From an uncultured Clostridia bacterium (GTDB lineage Bacteria > Bacillota > Clostridia > Oscillospirales > Ruminococcaceae): a stretch of 35,735 nucleotides of DNA. How positions within the stretch are numbered: the stretch's first letter is position 1; the number at the start of each line of letters is the position of its first letter. The stretch is from contig CALXFL010000001.1 of assembly GCA_944387515.1 (NCBI GenBank), positions 1 through 35,735 on the forward strand, read 5' to 3'. Both the position numbers and the translations under genes were made by a program. Below are positions 5,857 through 14,890 of this stretch, piece by piece. The notes below the pieces were generated by a model. That model worked only from the letters and a program-made list of their open reading frames with translations. It searched no databases and was not told the DNA's origin.

Positions 5857-8289
5857 ATGGACGGATATGACGCATTGCGCCTGACAAAGGGAGGCGGTCT
5901 CACCGCCGGAACCATGAAACCAGCGGAGGATGGATTGCATCTGTTCCTTGGACTGGGCGGCACCGGCCTCGAGTGTCTGCGCACCCTGAAGACTCGGGCC
6001 CGGGAATGGCTGGCTTTGTCAGAACTGGCAGAAGCTCCTTTTTCTCTGTTTGGAATCGATACCAACGATTACAGCAGAACAACAGGTGAATTCCTGTTGC
6101 CCCTGGAAGAGCAAGAGTTTCTCTGGCTTCGTTATCCCGGCAATTTGGGGCCTCACCTGCGTGACAGGACGGATCTCGCCTGGCTGCAGTGGAATGAGAT
6201 TCCCGATCTGGAGACTGGCAGGCCTGTTTGCCGGCAGCATAGCCGCTTTTTTCTGATGGAACATTGGCAGGAGCTGTCTGACCGCCTTCTGGATCAGTTG
6301 CAGAAGCTTCGAAGCAGAGCGCCGCAGCTTCCCATTTTTGTCCATGTCATTACCAGTATGAGTGGCCTTGCTGGTTCTGGTTGCTTTCTGGATCTCTGCT
6401 ATCTGCTTCGGAAGCTGGTGGAGATGTATGGAATGGAAAGAGTGTTTCTTTGTGGCTGGTTCTTTTTGCCCGAAACGATTCTCTCCCGAATTCCGAATAG
6501 CGATGTATCCAGTTTCCGGTTTGTCTCCATAAACAGCTATGCTGCTCTTCGGGAGTTGGATTACTGTATGAATCTTCCTGAGAATGGCAGCAGCTTTACC
6601 CAGGTTTATAAAAATGGAATGTCTGTGCCCTGGGACAGACCGCCGGTGGATTTGGCCTGTCTGGTGGGATTGCCTGAGCAGGATCCCTATCGGGGGTATC
6701 GAAAAGCCATGGAAAACCTCATGCAATACCTGATGGGACAACTGCTTTATCCTGGCTTTGCAGGGAGAATTGCCGATTTTCAGCAGAGAGCCGGACAGGC
6801 CTGGCAGAACAGAACAGATGGCAGCCGTCCGGTTTATGGCCTGCTTCAGAGCAATGCTGCCATGGCGCCGTTACGGGAGGTACAGACCAATCTGGCAGCG
6901 CTGCTTTTTGAGAAATGGAACCCTCTGTTGTCTCACCTCCCTGCCAAACAGGACGTGGAACAGCTTATCTGTAGGGCCTTCGGTAGCCAGCATATCGGTG
7001 ATCTTTACCAGACGTTGTATTTCCGGCTTACCGAGGGAGCGGATGACGGCTATATTCCTTATCCTGACAGCTGGAAAGATGTTCGGAAAAACGGCAGCAG
7101 CCATTTTCTCCAGCACTACAAAGATCAGACTGCCAACAAGCTGAGCCGGATCACCAGAAATCAGGAGAGCCTGCTGGATCCTGGCAATCCGGATTCCCTC
7201 ATCGCCAGAATCTGTCATCAGCTGGACAATGCCGTCATGGATCTGGACCAGGGCCCTGAGTACGTCTGGCAGACTTTGGAGATATGTCATGGTTACAATC
7301 TGCTGACTGTTGTGGACCGCCTGATTCTGGAGAATACCGAACGGCAGAGCCAGAACGCCGCCCAGCATAACCTCCGTCACATGGAGTATGAAAAGGCCAG
7401 ATCTGTCTTTGACGGTGCCACCGGCCTTTTCTCCCTTCCCAGCAAAGCGTTTGCAGAATATGAGTTTTTCCTGCGTGCGCTGGAGTGGCACGCTTACTGT
7501 ATGGGCGCCTATGAGGTCATGAACAGGCTGCTTTCACATTTCAGAAGCCAGTTGATGGAAGAAGGGGAACGTTACAGAAAACTGTCCAGAATGACGGAAC
7601 AGCTGAGGAAAACCTTTGAAGAGAACCGGCTTCTGCTGCGCTGCATCAACCCCAGGTATCTGCTGCCTGCTCAGTGGCATGTGATGGATCAGCTGTGTCC
7701 GCAGCTGGAGCAGGCGGTGGAGCAGGCAGACCAAAAGAAACTGTGGCAAACGTTCATCGCAGGGCTGATGTCAAGGGATACCAGCTGTCCAGACAGCGTG
7801 TTTCAATGGGTAATTACCTGTATACAGGAATCTTTTCCGACATTTTTCAGTCAGGGCTTTGCTTCCTGGCTGTACCCGCTGTGCAGCGCATCGCCTGACG
7901 GACCGCTGTCTGTTGTTTCACTGGCGAATGTCTGCAGTCTGGATGAAAGACCATTTCAAAGACAGCAGTATATGGGGTGTCACCTTTACGAGGAGCCTTT
8001 CAACGACTGGCGGAAGCTGCCGCCTCTTACGCCCCTCAGCAGGTTGTCTGGCGATATGAAGAAATTGCTGGAAGAAGAGATCCGGCGGGTGACCGAGCTT
8101 TTTCAGGAGGGGAGAAGCCAGGGCATCATCCAGCCGGACGGCCGTTTGACCGGTACCCGTACGATACTGGATGGCAGAGGTGTACCTGAAGCGCAGGAGC
8201 AGATCCTGCTGGACAGTTTCTGGCAGGCGCCGGCTTTGCAGCAATGGGTAGAGGAAGAACTCCAAATAAGAGACAAACGGGCTGATTAA
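5857..8289 (+). CDS. Giant tubulin-like (Tubulin_2/FtsZ-like style) protein A, 810 aa, degenerate nucleotide-binding signature
   Basis: RBS GAAAGGAG (5841-5848) then ATG at 5857. G1 is LFLGLGGTG. The signature position reads ITSMSGLAGSGCF instead of GGTGSG, and the GAG loop is replaced by ETGRPVCRQ. A long alpha-helical remainder is paralogous to protein B, for example DDGYIPYPDSWKDVRKNGSSHFLQHYKDQTANKL versus DDGYTPYPDGWKYVRENGNSRFVQHYTDQTANKL. Confidence 0.85.
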   Translation: MDGYDALRLTKGGGLTAGTMKPAEDGLHLFLGLGGTGLECLRTLKTRAREWLALSELAEAPFSLFGIDTNDYSRTTGEFLLPLEEQEFLWLRYPGNLGPHLRDRTDLAWLQWNEIPDLETGRPVCRQHSRFFLMEHWQELSDRLLDQLQKLRSRAPQLPIFVHVITSMSGLAGSGCFLDLCYLLRKLVEMYGMERVFLCGWFFLPETILSRIPNSDVSSFRFVSINSYAALRELDYCMNLPENGSSFTQVYKNGMSVPWDRPPVDLACLVGLPEQDPYRGYRKAMENLMQYLMGQLLYPGFAGRIADFQQRAGQAWQNRTDGSRPVYGLLQSNAAMAPLREVQTNLAALLFEKWNPLLSHLPAKQDVEQLICRAFGSQHIGDLYQTLYFRLTEGADDGYIPYPDSWKDVRKNGSSHFLQHYKDQTANKLSRITRNQESLLDPGNPDSLIARICHQLDNAVMDLDQGPEYVWQTLEICHGYNLLTVVDRLILENTERQSQNAAQHNLRHMEYEKARSVFDGATGLFSLPSKAFAEYEFFLRALEWHAYCMGAYEVMNRLLSHFRSQLMEEGERYRKLSRMTEQLRKTFEENRLLLRCINPRYLLPAQWHVMDQLCPQLEQAVEQADQKKLWQTFIAGLMSRDTSCPDSVFQWVITCIQESFPTFFSQGFASWLYPLCSASPDGPLSVVSLANVCSLDERPFQRQQYMGCHLYEEPFNDWRKLPPLTPLSRLSGDMKKLLEEEIRRVTELFQEGRSQGIIQPDGRLTGTRTILDGRGVPEAQEQILLDSFWQAPALQQWVEEELQIRDKRAD

Positions 8290-9110
8290 TGGAATCCGGG
8301 GGGCCAGCTGAGGCAGTTCGCTTCGGATTTGCTGCATTGCAGATGACTGCGATTTTTGGACGGCTGACAGATTGATAGGAGCAAAGAGACCAGGAATAGC
8401 ACCTATTGTGATCCTGAAGGAGGACTTTTTATGGCGGTTTATTCCAGATTGCCGCTTTCGACCGGCGGCGGTATCGGCTCAGAAGTACAGCAGGTCCACC
8501 AGACGCCGGGAGTTGCGACTGTACTCATCAGCCTGGGCGGCACCGGTGTCCGAGCTTATAACCGGCTGCATCCGGACAATCCCGAATCGGAGACTTCTAC
8601 TTATAAGCATATCCGGTTTCTGGGAGTGGACATCGACCCCACCAACACCGGCCGCAAGGCAGCGTGTCAAAAAAGAGATAAACGGACTGATTGATGGAAT
8701 CCGGGGTGGACAGCTGATGCTGTCCGCTCCAGATTTGCTGCCTTTTAAATTTTTTTTGCAGATTGCTGCGATTTTTGGGCGGCTGACAGATTTATGATAC
8801 CAAAGAGGCCAGGAATGGCACCTATCTGTAATCCTGAAGGAGGACTTTTTATGGCAGTTTATTCCAGATTGCTGCTTTCAGCTGGCGGCGGTATCGTCTC
8901 AGCGGTACAGCAGGCCCATCAGATGCCGGGCATCGCCACGGTGCTCATCGGCCTGGGCGGTACCGGTATCCAGTGCATCCGTACCATTAAAACCAGTGTC
9001 TATGAACGGCTGCTTCCGGATGATCCCGAAGCGGTGACGCCTACCTATAAGCATATTCGGTTTCTGGGAGTGGACACCGACCCCACCAGCACCGGTCGCA
9101 AGGTGGCAGG
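8265..9110 (+). repeat. Tandem segmental duplication (~404 + ~442 bp): 3' tail of gene A, intergenic region with RBS, and the first ~80 codons of gene B
   Basis: Copy 1 (~8265-8668) and copy 2 (~8669-9110) align along their length. Examples: AATAAGAGACAAACGGGCTGATTAATGGAATCCGGGG vs AAAAAGAGATAAACGGACTGATTGATGGAATCCGGGG, and CCTGAAGGAGGACTTTTTATGGCGGTTTATTCCAGATTGC vs ...ATGGCAGTTTATTCCAGATTGC. By eye ~80-85% identity, with a 24-nt deletion in the coding part of copy 1. Confidence 0.85.
8431..8694 (+). pseudogene. Truncated head fragment (87 codons) of a tubulin-like paralog, fused to a copy of the gene-A tail
   Basis: Translation MAVYSRLPLSTGGGIGSEVQQVHQTPGVATVLISLGGTG...YKHIRFLGVDIDPTNTGRK parallels the N-terminus of protein B (MAVYSRLLLSAGGGIVSAVQQAHQMPGIATVLIGLGGTG...YKHIRFLGVDTDPTSTGRK). 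It then ends ...KRDKRTD*, resembling the protein A end ...IRDKRAD*. It keeps RBS GAAGGAGG and an ATG. Confidence 0.6.
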
Positions 9111-12100
9111 CGCTGTCAGCACCAACGAGGACAAAAAGGCAGATCAGCTGCTGGTCCTGGATGATACCGAATTTTTCGACATCTCCAACAACCGGCTCAA
9201 GGATGCCTTACAGAATGAAGCTACCCTTTCCCGTCGGGATGACATTACCTGGCTGCGGTGGAACGACATTCCCATTCCCGACCTGGGTGAGGCGGGCGCT
9301 GGTGGTGTGCGGCAGGTGGGCCGGTTCATGATGATGGACCGCTCCATTGACTTCAAAGCCCGGATTCTTCAGGAGATCAATCTGGCCAAGGAATATGATG
9401 CCGGCAAGATGGAACCGGCCATCAACTCGGTTCACGTCCATGTCTTCACCGGCCTCAGCGGCGGCACCGGCTCCGGCTGCTTTCTGGATGTCTGCTATAT
9501 GCTCAAATCCCTGGCAGCAGAGATTGGCGGCGTGACCATTTTCGGCTACTTCTTCCTGCCGGATGTGAACCTGGCCAAAGTGTCTGCCACCGATACCCGT
9601 ACCCGTCAGTACATTCCCCGCAACGGCTTTGCCGCCATGCAGGAGTTGGACTACTGCATGCAGCTCCAGTTCAACGGCGGACGGTTCACCCAGATTTACG
9701 GCGGTCATACACCCATTGAATGGCGGGAGCCGCCGGTGGACATGGCCCACCTGATCTGTGCCACGAACCAGATGGGGGATTCCATTCCCAATGCTTACGA
9801 ATACTGTATGCAGGTGACGGCGGAATACCTGATGGACTTCCTCACCCAATCCTCTGCCGACTTCGGCGTTCTGTCCCAGATGGCCAATTTCCGCGCCAAG
9901 GTCAACGCCGCCAACGGAGAGAAGACCTTCGGCGGTAACCTGGCCTACTGTGTTCTGGGTGCCTCCTGCGCCACCATTCCCCTGCGGGAGATCAATACCT
10001 ACCTGGCTTCCCGGCTCTTTGGCCTGTGGAGCCAAGCGCTGGAGGGACGGATTCCCACCCGGCAGGAGGTGGAAAAGATCGCCTGCAACGCCATCGGTGG
10101 TCAGAGTGTCACAGATCTTTACCAGGCCCTGCTCATCAAGCTTACTGAGCGGGCGGACGACGGTTATACCCCCTATCCCGACGGCTGGAAATATGTTCGG
10201 GAGAACGGCAACAGCCGTTTTGTCCAGCACTACACCGACCAGACCGCCAACAAGCTGGGCCAGATCACCAGCAACCAGAAGAGCCTGCTGGAACTGGGCA
10301 ATCAGGAATCCATTGTGGCCAAGATCTGCCGTCAGCTGAATGATGCTGTCGTGGATTTGGACCGGGGTCCCAGCTACGCCTGGCAGACCCTTAATGCTGC
10401 ACAGAGCCACAATCTGCTGAATATTATAGACGGCCTGATCAAGGAGAACACCGAGCGCCAGAGTCAGGAGGCCGCCCAGCATAATCTCCGTCACACCGAC
10501 TATGAAAATGCCAAGGCCGCCTTTGACGGCGCCACCGGCCTTTTCTCCAATCCCGGCAGGGCATTCGGCGCCTATGAGTTTTACCTGAAGGCTTTGGAAC
10601 AGCATGACCGGATGATGGGTGTTTACGATGCCATGGATAAGATGCTCCGCAACCTCCGCCGTCAGCTGGAGGAACTGGCGGCCGGCTATTATGTCCGGCT
10701 GGCCCGGGTAGTGGAGACACTGATGAACTCCTTTAAGGAAAATTACACGCTGCTCGTCGGTAAGCAGCAGTTGAAAACCACTCACTTTGGCACGCCCATG
10801 ATGTCCATTGATGATCTGCGACCCATGCTGGATCGGGCTGTGGAGGAAATGAATCTTCGGAACAAGATGCAGGAGTTCATGGAAATGCTGCTGCAAAACA
10901 GCGATCAATGGCTTCAGGAGGATGAAAGAAAGATCACCAAGCTGGTGACCCGGTTCCTGGTAAAGGATACCTTCTCAGAGTTTGCCAGCCGCACCATTAC
11001 CAGCTATCTGTCCATTAAGTACCATACCGACAATGTGGATGTTCTGACCCAGAAAATCTATGATGACTGGATGCTGCCCCTGGACAACCGGGCCCAGCCT
11101 TTGTTCTACCTTAATGGACACATATGGAGCCAGGTTTCCGAGCTGAAGCAGGTCTCTGTGCCTGCTGAGGCTGCACCGGTGCGGATGGCGGCAGAAAATG
11201 CTGCCGCTCCTCTGGCTTGGGATATCAAACCCAGCCAGCTCACCGACCGGATCTATGTGATGCGCACCGCCTGTGCCCTGCCGCTTGCCGCTTACCAGAA
11301 ATGTGAGACCTATGAGCGGGATGCCTATTCCATTCCGGAGGCTGGCCGTCATTACTATGAGGGCAAGGGAACCGAGAAGATGCCCTTCGGCAATTGGCAG
11401 GATCTGCCCACCCTCACCCCCCTCTGCCTGTTACCTGCCACGTTGCCCGACAAGCTGACGAAGATGGTCAAACGGGTCCGGAGCGTCTTTGAACAGGCCA
11501 GAGCGGCCGGACTGATCGGAGATGAGGGACAGCTGTATGAGCAGGATACCGCCGCTGTCCAGAAGCTGCTGGAGGATGCCGCTACTCTGCGGCAGGGCCT
11601 TAAGAATGCCGCAGGCCTGCCCGAGGCTGAGAAGGTGCTGAAGCAGCTGGAGGAGGTGGCAGGCAGCACCCTGCCCATGCTCCCCACCGAGCAGAAGCTT
11701 CTTTGTGACGGATATGTTCCCACCCAGGAAGCCCGCGATATCATCATGCTGGATTATCTCTATCAGGCACCGGCCCGGATCGCCGAGCTGGAAGTCCGGC
11801 TGGACCTTCAGAAGCAGCTGGAAGGCCAGGTACAGGAGGAGATTCAGCAGCTGAAAAATACCATCTACCAGTTGGGGAAAGGTGCTCGACTCCAGGATGC
11901 CTTCTTTGACGCCGTCTTCACCGATGTCATCCATCTGGAGGGACGGGTGGCCATTTTTATCAAACAGGTATCTGGTATCAGTACCGAGATCTATCTCTCC
12001 AAACGGGGAGAGGAGTTCCCCTTTGCTTCAATTCCGGTCTATCAGGCCTTCCTCTCGGCTCAGGCCATGTCCGAGGAGGACCAGAAGCAGATGACCCGTC

Positions 12101-12297
12101 AGGTAGATGACATTTATAACACCAACGCGCCCATTCTCAAAGAAAACGGTGCCCGCCTGAAGGATGAGCTGTCGGTGGAGCAGATCCAGAGCTGGATCCA
12201 GCGGGCCGGCGATTTTCCTGAAACTGCCGAAATTACCGCCTTCCTGACCAAGCTGAAGCAGCGCTTTGACCTGTTCTGCGGAGAATTCAAGATCTGA
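8851..12297 (+). CDS. Giant tubulin-like protein B, 1148 aa, intact tubulin/FtsZ signature
   Basis: RBS GAAGGAGG (8836-8843) then ATG at 8851. G1 is VLIGLGGTG, the GAG loop is GEAGAGGVRQVGRF, and the signature is VFTGLSGGTGSGCFLDVCY (~9445-9480). A long helical, coiled-coil-like C-terminal part shares PF.NW..LP.LTPL with protein A. Confidence 0.9.
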   Translation: MAVYSRLLLSAGGGIVSAVQQAHQMPGIATVLIGLGGTGIQCIRTIKTSVYERLLPDDPEAVTPTYKHIRFLGVDTDPTSTGRKVAGAVSTNEDKKADQLLVLDDTEFFDISNNRLKDALQNEATLSRRDDITWLRWNDIPIPDLGEAGAGGVRQVGRFMMMDRSIDFKARILQEINLAKEYDAGKMEPAINSVHVHVFTGLSGGTGSGCFLDVCYMLKSLAAEIGGVTIFGYFFLPDVNLAKVSATDTRTRQYIPRNGFAAMQELDYCMQLQFNGGRFTQIYGGHTPIEWREPPVDMAHLICATNQMGDSIPNAYEYCMQVTAEYLMDFLTQSSADFGVLSQMANFRAKVNAANGEKTFGGNLAYCVLGASCATIPLREINTYLASRLFGLWSQALEGRIPTRQEVEKIACNAIGGQSVTDLYQALLIKLTERADDGYTPYPDGWKYVRENGNSRFVQHYTDQTANKLGQITSNQKSLLELGNQESIVAKICRQLNDAVVDLDRGPSYAWQTLNAAQSHNLLNIIDGLIKENTERQSQEAAQHNLRHTDYENAKAAFDGATGLFSNPGRAFGAYEFYLKALEQHDRMMGVYDAMDKMLRNLRRQLEELAAGYYVRLARVVETLMNSFKENYTLLVGKQQLKTTHFGTPMMSIDDLRPMLDRAVEEMNLRNKMQEFMEMLLQNSDQWLQEDERKITKLVTRFLVKDTFSEFASRTITSYLSIKYHTDNVDVLTQKIYDDWMLPLDNRAQPLFYLNGHIWSQVSELKQVSVPAEAAPVRMAAENAAAPLAWDIKPSQLTDRIYVMRTACALPLAAYQKCETYERDAYSIPEAGRHYYEGKGTEKMPFGNWQDLPTLTPLCLLPATLPDKLTKMVKRVRSVFEQARAAGLIGDEGQLYEQDTAAVQKLLEDAATLRQGLKNAAGLPEAEKVLKQLEEVAGSTLPMLPTEQKLLCDGYVPTQEARDIIMLDYLYQAPARIAELEVRLDLQKQLEGQVQEEIQQLKNTIYQLGKGARLQDAFFDAVFTDVIHLEGRVAIFIKQVSGISTEIYLSKRGEEFPFASIPVYQAFLSAQAMSEEDQKQMTRQVDDIYNTNAPILKENGARLKDELSVEQIQSWIQRAGDFPETAEITAFLTKLKQRFDLFCGEFKI

Positions 12298-12300
12298 GGA

Positions 12301-12330
12301 AACAGGGGCTGTATTGCAGCCCCTGTTTCT
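12301..12330 (+). terminator. GC-rich hairpin with a weak U-tract between gene B and the next gene (possible partial terminator or attenuator inside the operon)
   Basis: Stem AACAGGGGCTG (12301-12311) / CAGCCCCTGTT (12317-12327), loop TATTG, followed by TCTGGCTTGTTCTGG. Confidence 0.4.
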
Positions 12331-12364
12331 GGCTTGTTCTGGATAGTGGGGAAGGAGAAGGAAA

Positions 12365-14236
12365 ATGACAGATTTCAGTGTAAAGGATTTGATCAGCTAC
12401 TTTGCAGCCAGAGTCCGCCGCCGCCGGCACTTCCTCCCGGGAAGTACCATGTCGGTACCGGAATACCCGATGGCTGTGGTGTATCTGGGTAATGCGGATA
12501 AGGCTCATGAGGAGCTGTCCCGTCATCTGTTCCGGGTATGGCCGGCCTATGAGGAGGAGCTGCTGTTTCTCTCGGTCCGGCCGGATGGAGAAGAGATTGC
12601 CATTACCAGTCTGGGACCGGACGGCAGCCGGCAAGCGCTTACCGGAGATGATCTCCGCCGGATGGTCACGGTTTGTTTTAGCTCGGAAGCTCATTTTGCC
12701 CAGAAAAGCAGTCTATTGGTTTATTATCTGCTGGACACCACGGATTTTAAGGAGCCCAGCGAACTGGACAACTGGCTGCGGGTCATCAAGAAGATGAAAA
12801 AAGCGTTGGCGGCGCCTCAGCTGCCCGTGCTGACTATGCTGCTTCAGGAGGACTTTGTCCATCAGCCGGTGGCAGCCGGCATCCGCAGCCGGCTGGCGGA
12901 GCTGGCCGACATGCTGCCTGCGGTTTACCTCATCAGCAGCCAGCTGAAGGATGGCACTCTGCTGTCCGACTGGAAGGAGGGCTGGCACATTGCGGCTAAC
13001 CTGATGCTCCTGTCCAATCAGGGGCTTCCCCGCACCGTTTCCCTCCGGTCTCCCGGCTTCAAGGCCGTGGCCTATGCCCGGGAAGAAAAGCCAGTGGAGC
13101 AAATTGCTCAGGCCGTGCTGCGCTGTCTTATTATCCGGTTAGGAGACGAACTTCATGCCAATGCGCTGCCCAAGCCTCTTCAGGAAGAGGGAGCAGCTGG
13201 CCGGCTGGGACTTACCAATGAAGGCGCCTTCCAGCTGCTGGATAGCTACGGGGAGACGCTGATGGAAAAACTTTCTGCCGACCGGCTGAGCCGGTTCCCC
13301 CGCCGCCGGGCGGAGGAAATGGCAGTAAGTGAACAGACCACCGGCCAGGCCTTCAACGACCTGACTCTGGGCTGCTGGAAGGAATATCTGTGGCAGATGG
13401 TTCGGGAGACTGCATCCGGTATGGAGCAGTGGACTCCCGGCTGGCGGCGGGCTTACCGGGACTGGCTCTTTTCTCAATTCAATACCAGTGAACTGGCTGC
13501 ACTGGATGGACGGCAGGAACTGATCCACTCGATGATCGTCCAGGCTCCCAGTGAACCAGGCGATCTGCCGGTGCTGGTGGATGGCCGCCGCTGGCTGGGA
13601 AAGGCGCTGTCGGCCCATCCCGTTATCCAGAATTTCTTCCTTGGACTGATTGGGGAGATGGCAAAAGAAGCAGGCGCGTTCCTGTCTGCCTGGCAGGACC
13701 TGGTGGAAACCTGGCAGAAGGTCATTCCCCTGGCGGATGACAGTATCAGTGAGTTCTATACCCGCAAAATGAACCATGACTTTGACAGTAAGGGAAAGAA
13801 GTGGGTGGACGAGCTGCGGCGGATTCACACCCAGCAGGAACTGGAGCAGTTCCTTCACCGGATCATCGATGAGCTGGTGGATGGAGACGAGATCTACTAC
13901 GCGCCCTTTGAGGAGGAGCTGGCTTACCGCCTTCGGGAAATTCACGGAGACGATGGTCAGGCTGCTCAGATTTATCTGCGGGATAAGCTCACCGGAGACA
14001 ATGTCCGGCTTTACCTACCGGCGGCCTTCTGGATGGGAACGCCCCTGCTGTCGGCGATTCTGCTTCAGCATGACACCTCTCTTCATCAGTTCCTTATCGG
14101 TTCGCTTCCTGAAAATACCTGGTATTACCAGACCGGCAGCAGCGACCGGGCCGAGGCCATGGTGATCTATGAGGTGAACACCGAAAACATCTACCAGGGA
14201 CAGGAGGACGATGACGATGACCTATCAATACTGTGA
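12365..14236 (+). CDS. Hypothetical protein (623 aa), no recognisable catalytic motif; possibly a degenerate tubulin-like fold at the N-terminus
   Basis: RBS GGAAGGAGAAGGA then ATG at 12365. Long ORF with coding-like composition. Motif-free strand/helix pattern MAVVYLGNADKAHEEL ... LLVYYLLDTTDFKEPSELDNWLRVIKKM ... LPVLTMLL parallels the G1 strand, signature loop and following strand of the neighbouring tubulin-like proteins, but without the glycines. Confidence 0.75.
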   Translation: MTDFSVKDLISYFAARVRRRRHFLPGSTMSVPEYPMAVVYLGNADKAHEELSRHLFRVWPAYEEELLFLSVRPDGEEIAITSLGPDGSRQALTGDDLRRMVTVCFSSEAHFAQKSSLLVYYLLDTTDFKEPSELDNWLRVIKKMKKALAAPQLPVLTMLLQEDFVHQPVAAGIRSRLAELADMLPAVYLISSQLKDGTLLSDWKEGWHIAANLMLLSNQGLPRTVSLRSPGFKAVAYAREEKPVEQIAQAVLRCLIIRLGDELHANALPKPLQEEGAAGRLGLTNEGAFQLLDSYGETLMEKLSADRLSRFPRRRAEEMAVSEQTTGQAFNDLTLGCWKEYLWQMVRETASGMEQWTPGWRRAYRDWLFSQFNTSELAALDGRQELIHSMIVQAPSEPGDLPVLVDGRRWLGKALSAHPVIQNFFLGLIGEMAKEAGAFLSAWQDLVETWQKVIPLADDSISEFYTRKMNHDFDSKGKKWVDELRRIHTQQELEQFLHRIIDELVDGDEIYYAPFEEELAYRLREIHGDDGQAAQIYLRDKLTGDNVRLYLPAAFWMGTPLLSAILLQHDTSLHQFLIGSLPENTWYYQTGSSDRAEAMVIYEVNTENIYQGQEDDDDDLSIL

Positions 14237-14876
14237 ATACGATGAAAAGAGATTCGCCACAGCTCTCCGTCAGGACAGTGTCAACGGACACCTGAAATGG
14301 GATTCGGCAGCGGGACAGAGTGTGATGGTGTTTCGTTCTCCCTACGGAGAGGATCTGCTGTCCCAGATGGAGACGCTTTGTGCGGCAATGACCGGAAAGC
14401 CCCTGCCGGAGGGTTGTTTTCAGCCGGTGACACCGGAGATTCAGGTCCGGTATCTGACAGCGGTGGATAAGGCCCGATCCCAGGGTTGCCCCCTTCAGGG
14501 GGAGGGATACCGGTATACCGTCATCAGCTGTCTGGCTGATGGAGAATGCTGCCGGCTCTTTGCTCCTCAGCAGAACGTTATGAACCGTCCCTTTTGCGAT
14601 GTGCCGGTTACCATTCAGGCTTCGGTAGAGCCGGTGATGGCTGGCGGTGGGCCTTTCCGCCGCCTGCGCCTGTGGGGTAGGAGACAGGAGTTCTCCGGCT
14701 TCTACCATATTTCCTTTAAGATGGACCATCCCGACGATTATCCCAATGGTGGCATATCGGTCTGCTGCGGCGAAATGACCTTTCCGGTGACCAAGGAGAT
14801 GGTTCGGGAGGGCTTTTGTCTGCCAGCTTCGGAGAAACCCCGGCTGTTGTTCCGTGACGGCTTACAGATCAAATAA
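14217..14876 (+). CDS. Hypothetical protein (~219 aa), Cys-rich, translationally coupled to the upstream gene
   Basis: AGGAGG (14202-14207) lies 9 nt before ATG 14217; the alternative ATG at 14211 is only 3 nt away. The gene overlaps the upstream stop (14234-14236). No family recognised. Confidence 0.7.
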   Translation: MTYQYCEYDEKRFATALRQDSVNGHLKWDSAAGQSVMVFRSPYGEDLLSQMETLCAAMTGKPLPEGCFQPVTPEIQVRYLTAVDKARSQGCPLQGEGYRYTVISCLADGECCRLFAPQQNVMNRPFCDVPVTIQASVEPVMAGGGPFRRLRLWGRRQEFSGFYHISFKMDHPDDYPNGGISVCCGEMTFPVTKEMVREGFCLPASEKPRLLFRDGLQIK

Positions 14877-14890
14877 AGGAGCGTTTTACC

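Noticed and set aside
8372-8797. 141-aa ORF spanning the duplicated junction.
   Set aside because: It reads an alternative frame through duplicated intergenic sequence, with no RBS and no similarity to anything. The frame of 8431-8694 is the one homologous to gene B.
9208-10908. 566-aa ORF on the minus strand inside tubulin-like gene B. Similar long antisense ORFs occur at 6019-6741, 13139-13945, 15491-16855, 16423-17568 and 19942-20895.
   Set aside because: These are shadow ORFs typical of GC-rich coding DNA. They are biased toward G/H/Q/P/R, have no RBS and no recognisable motifs, and are fully contained in sense-strand genes that do have clear motifs.
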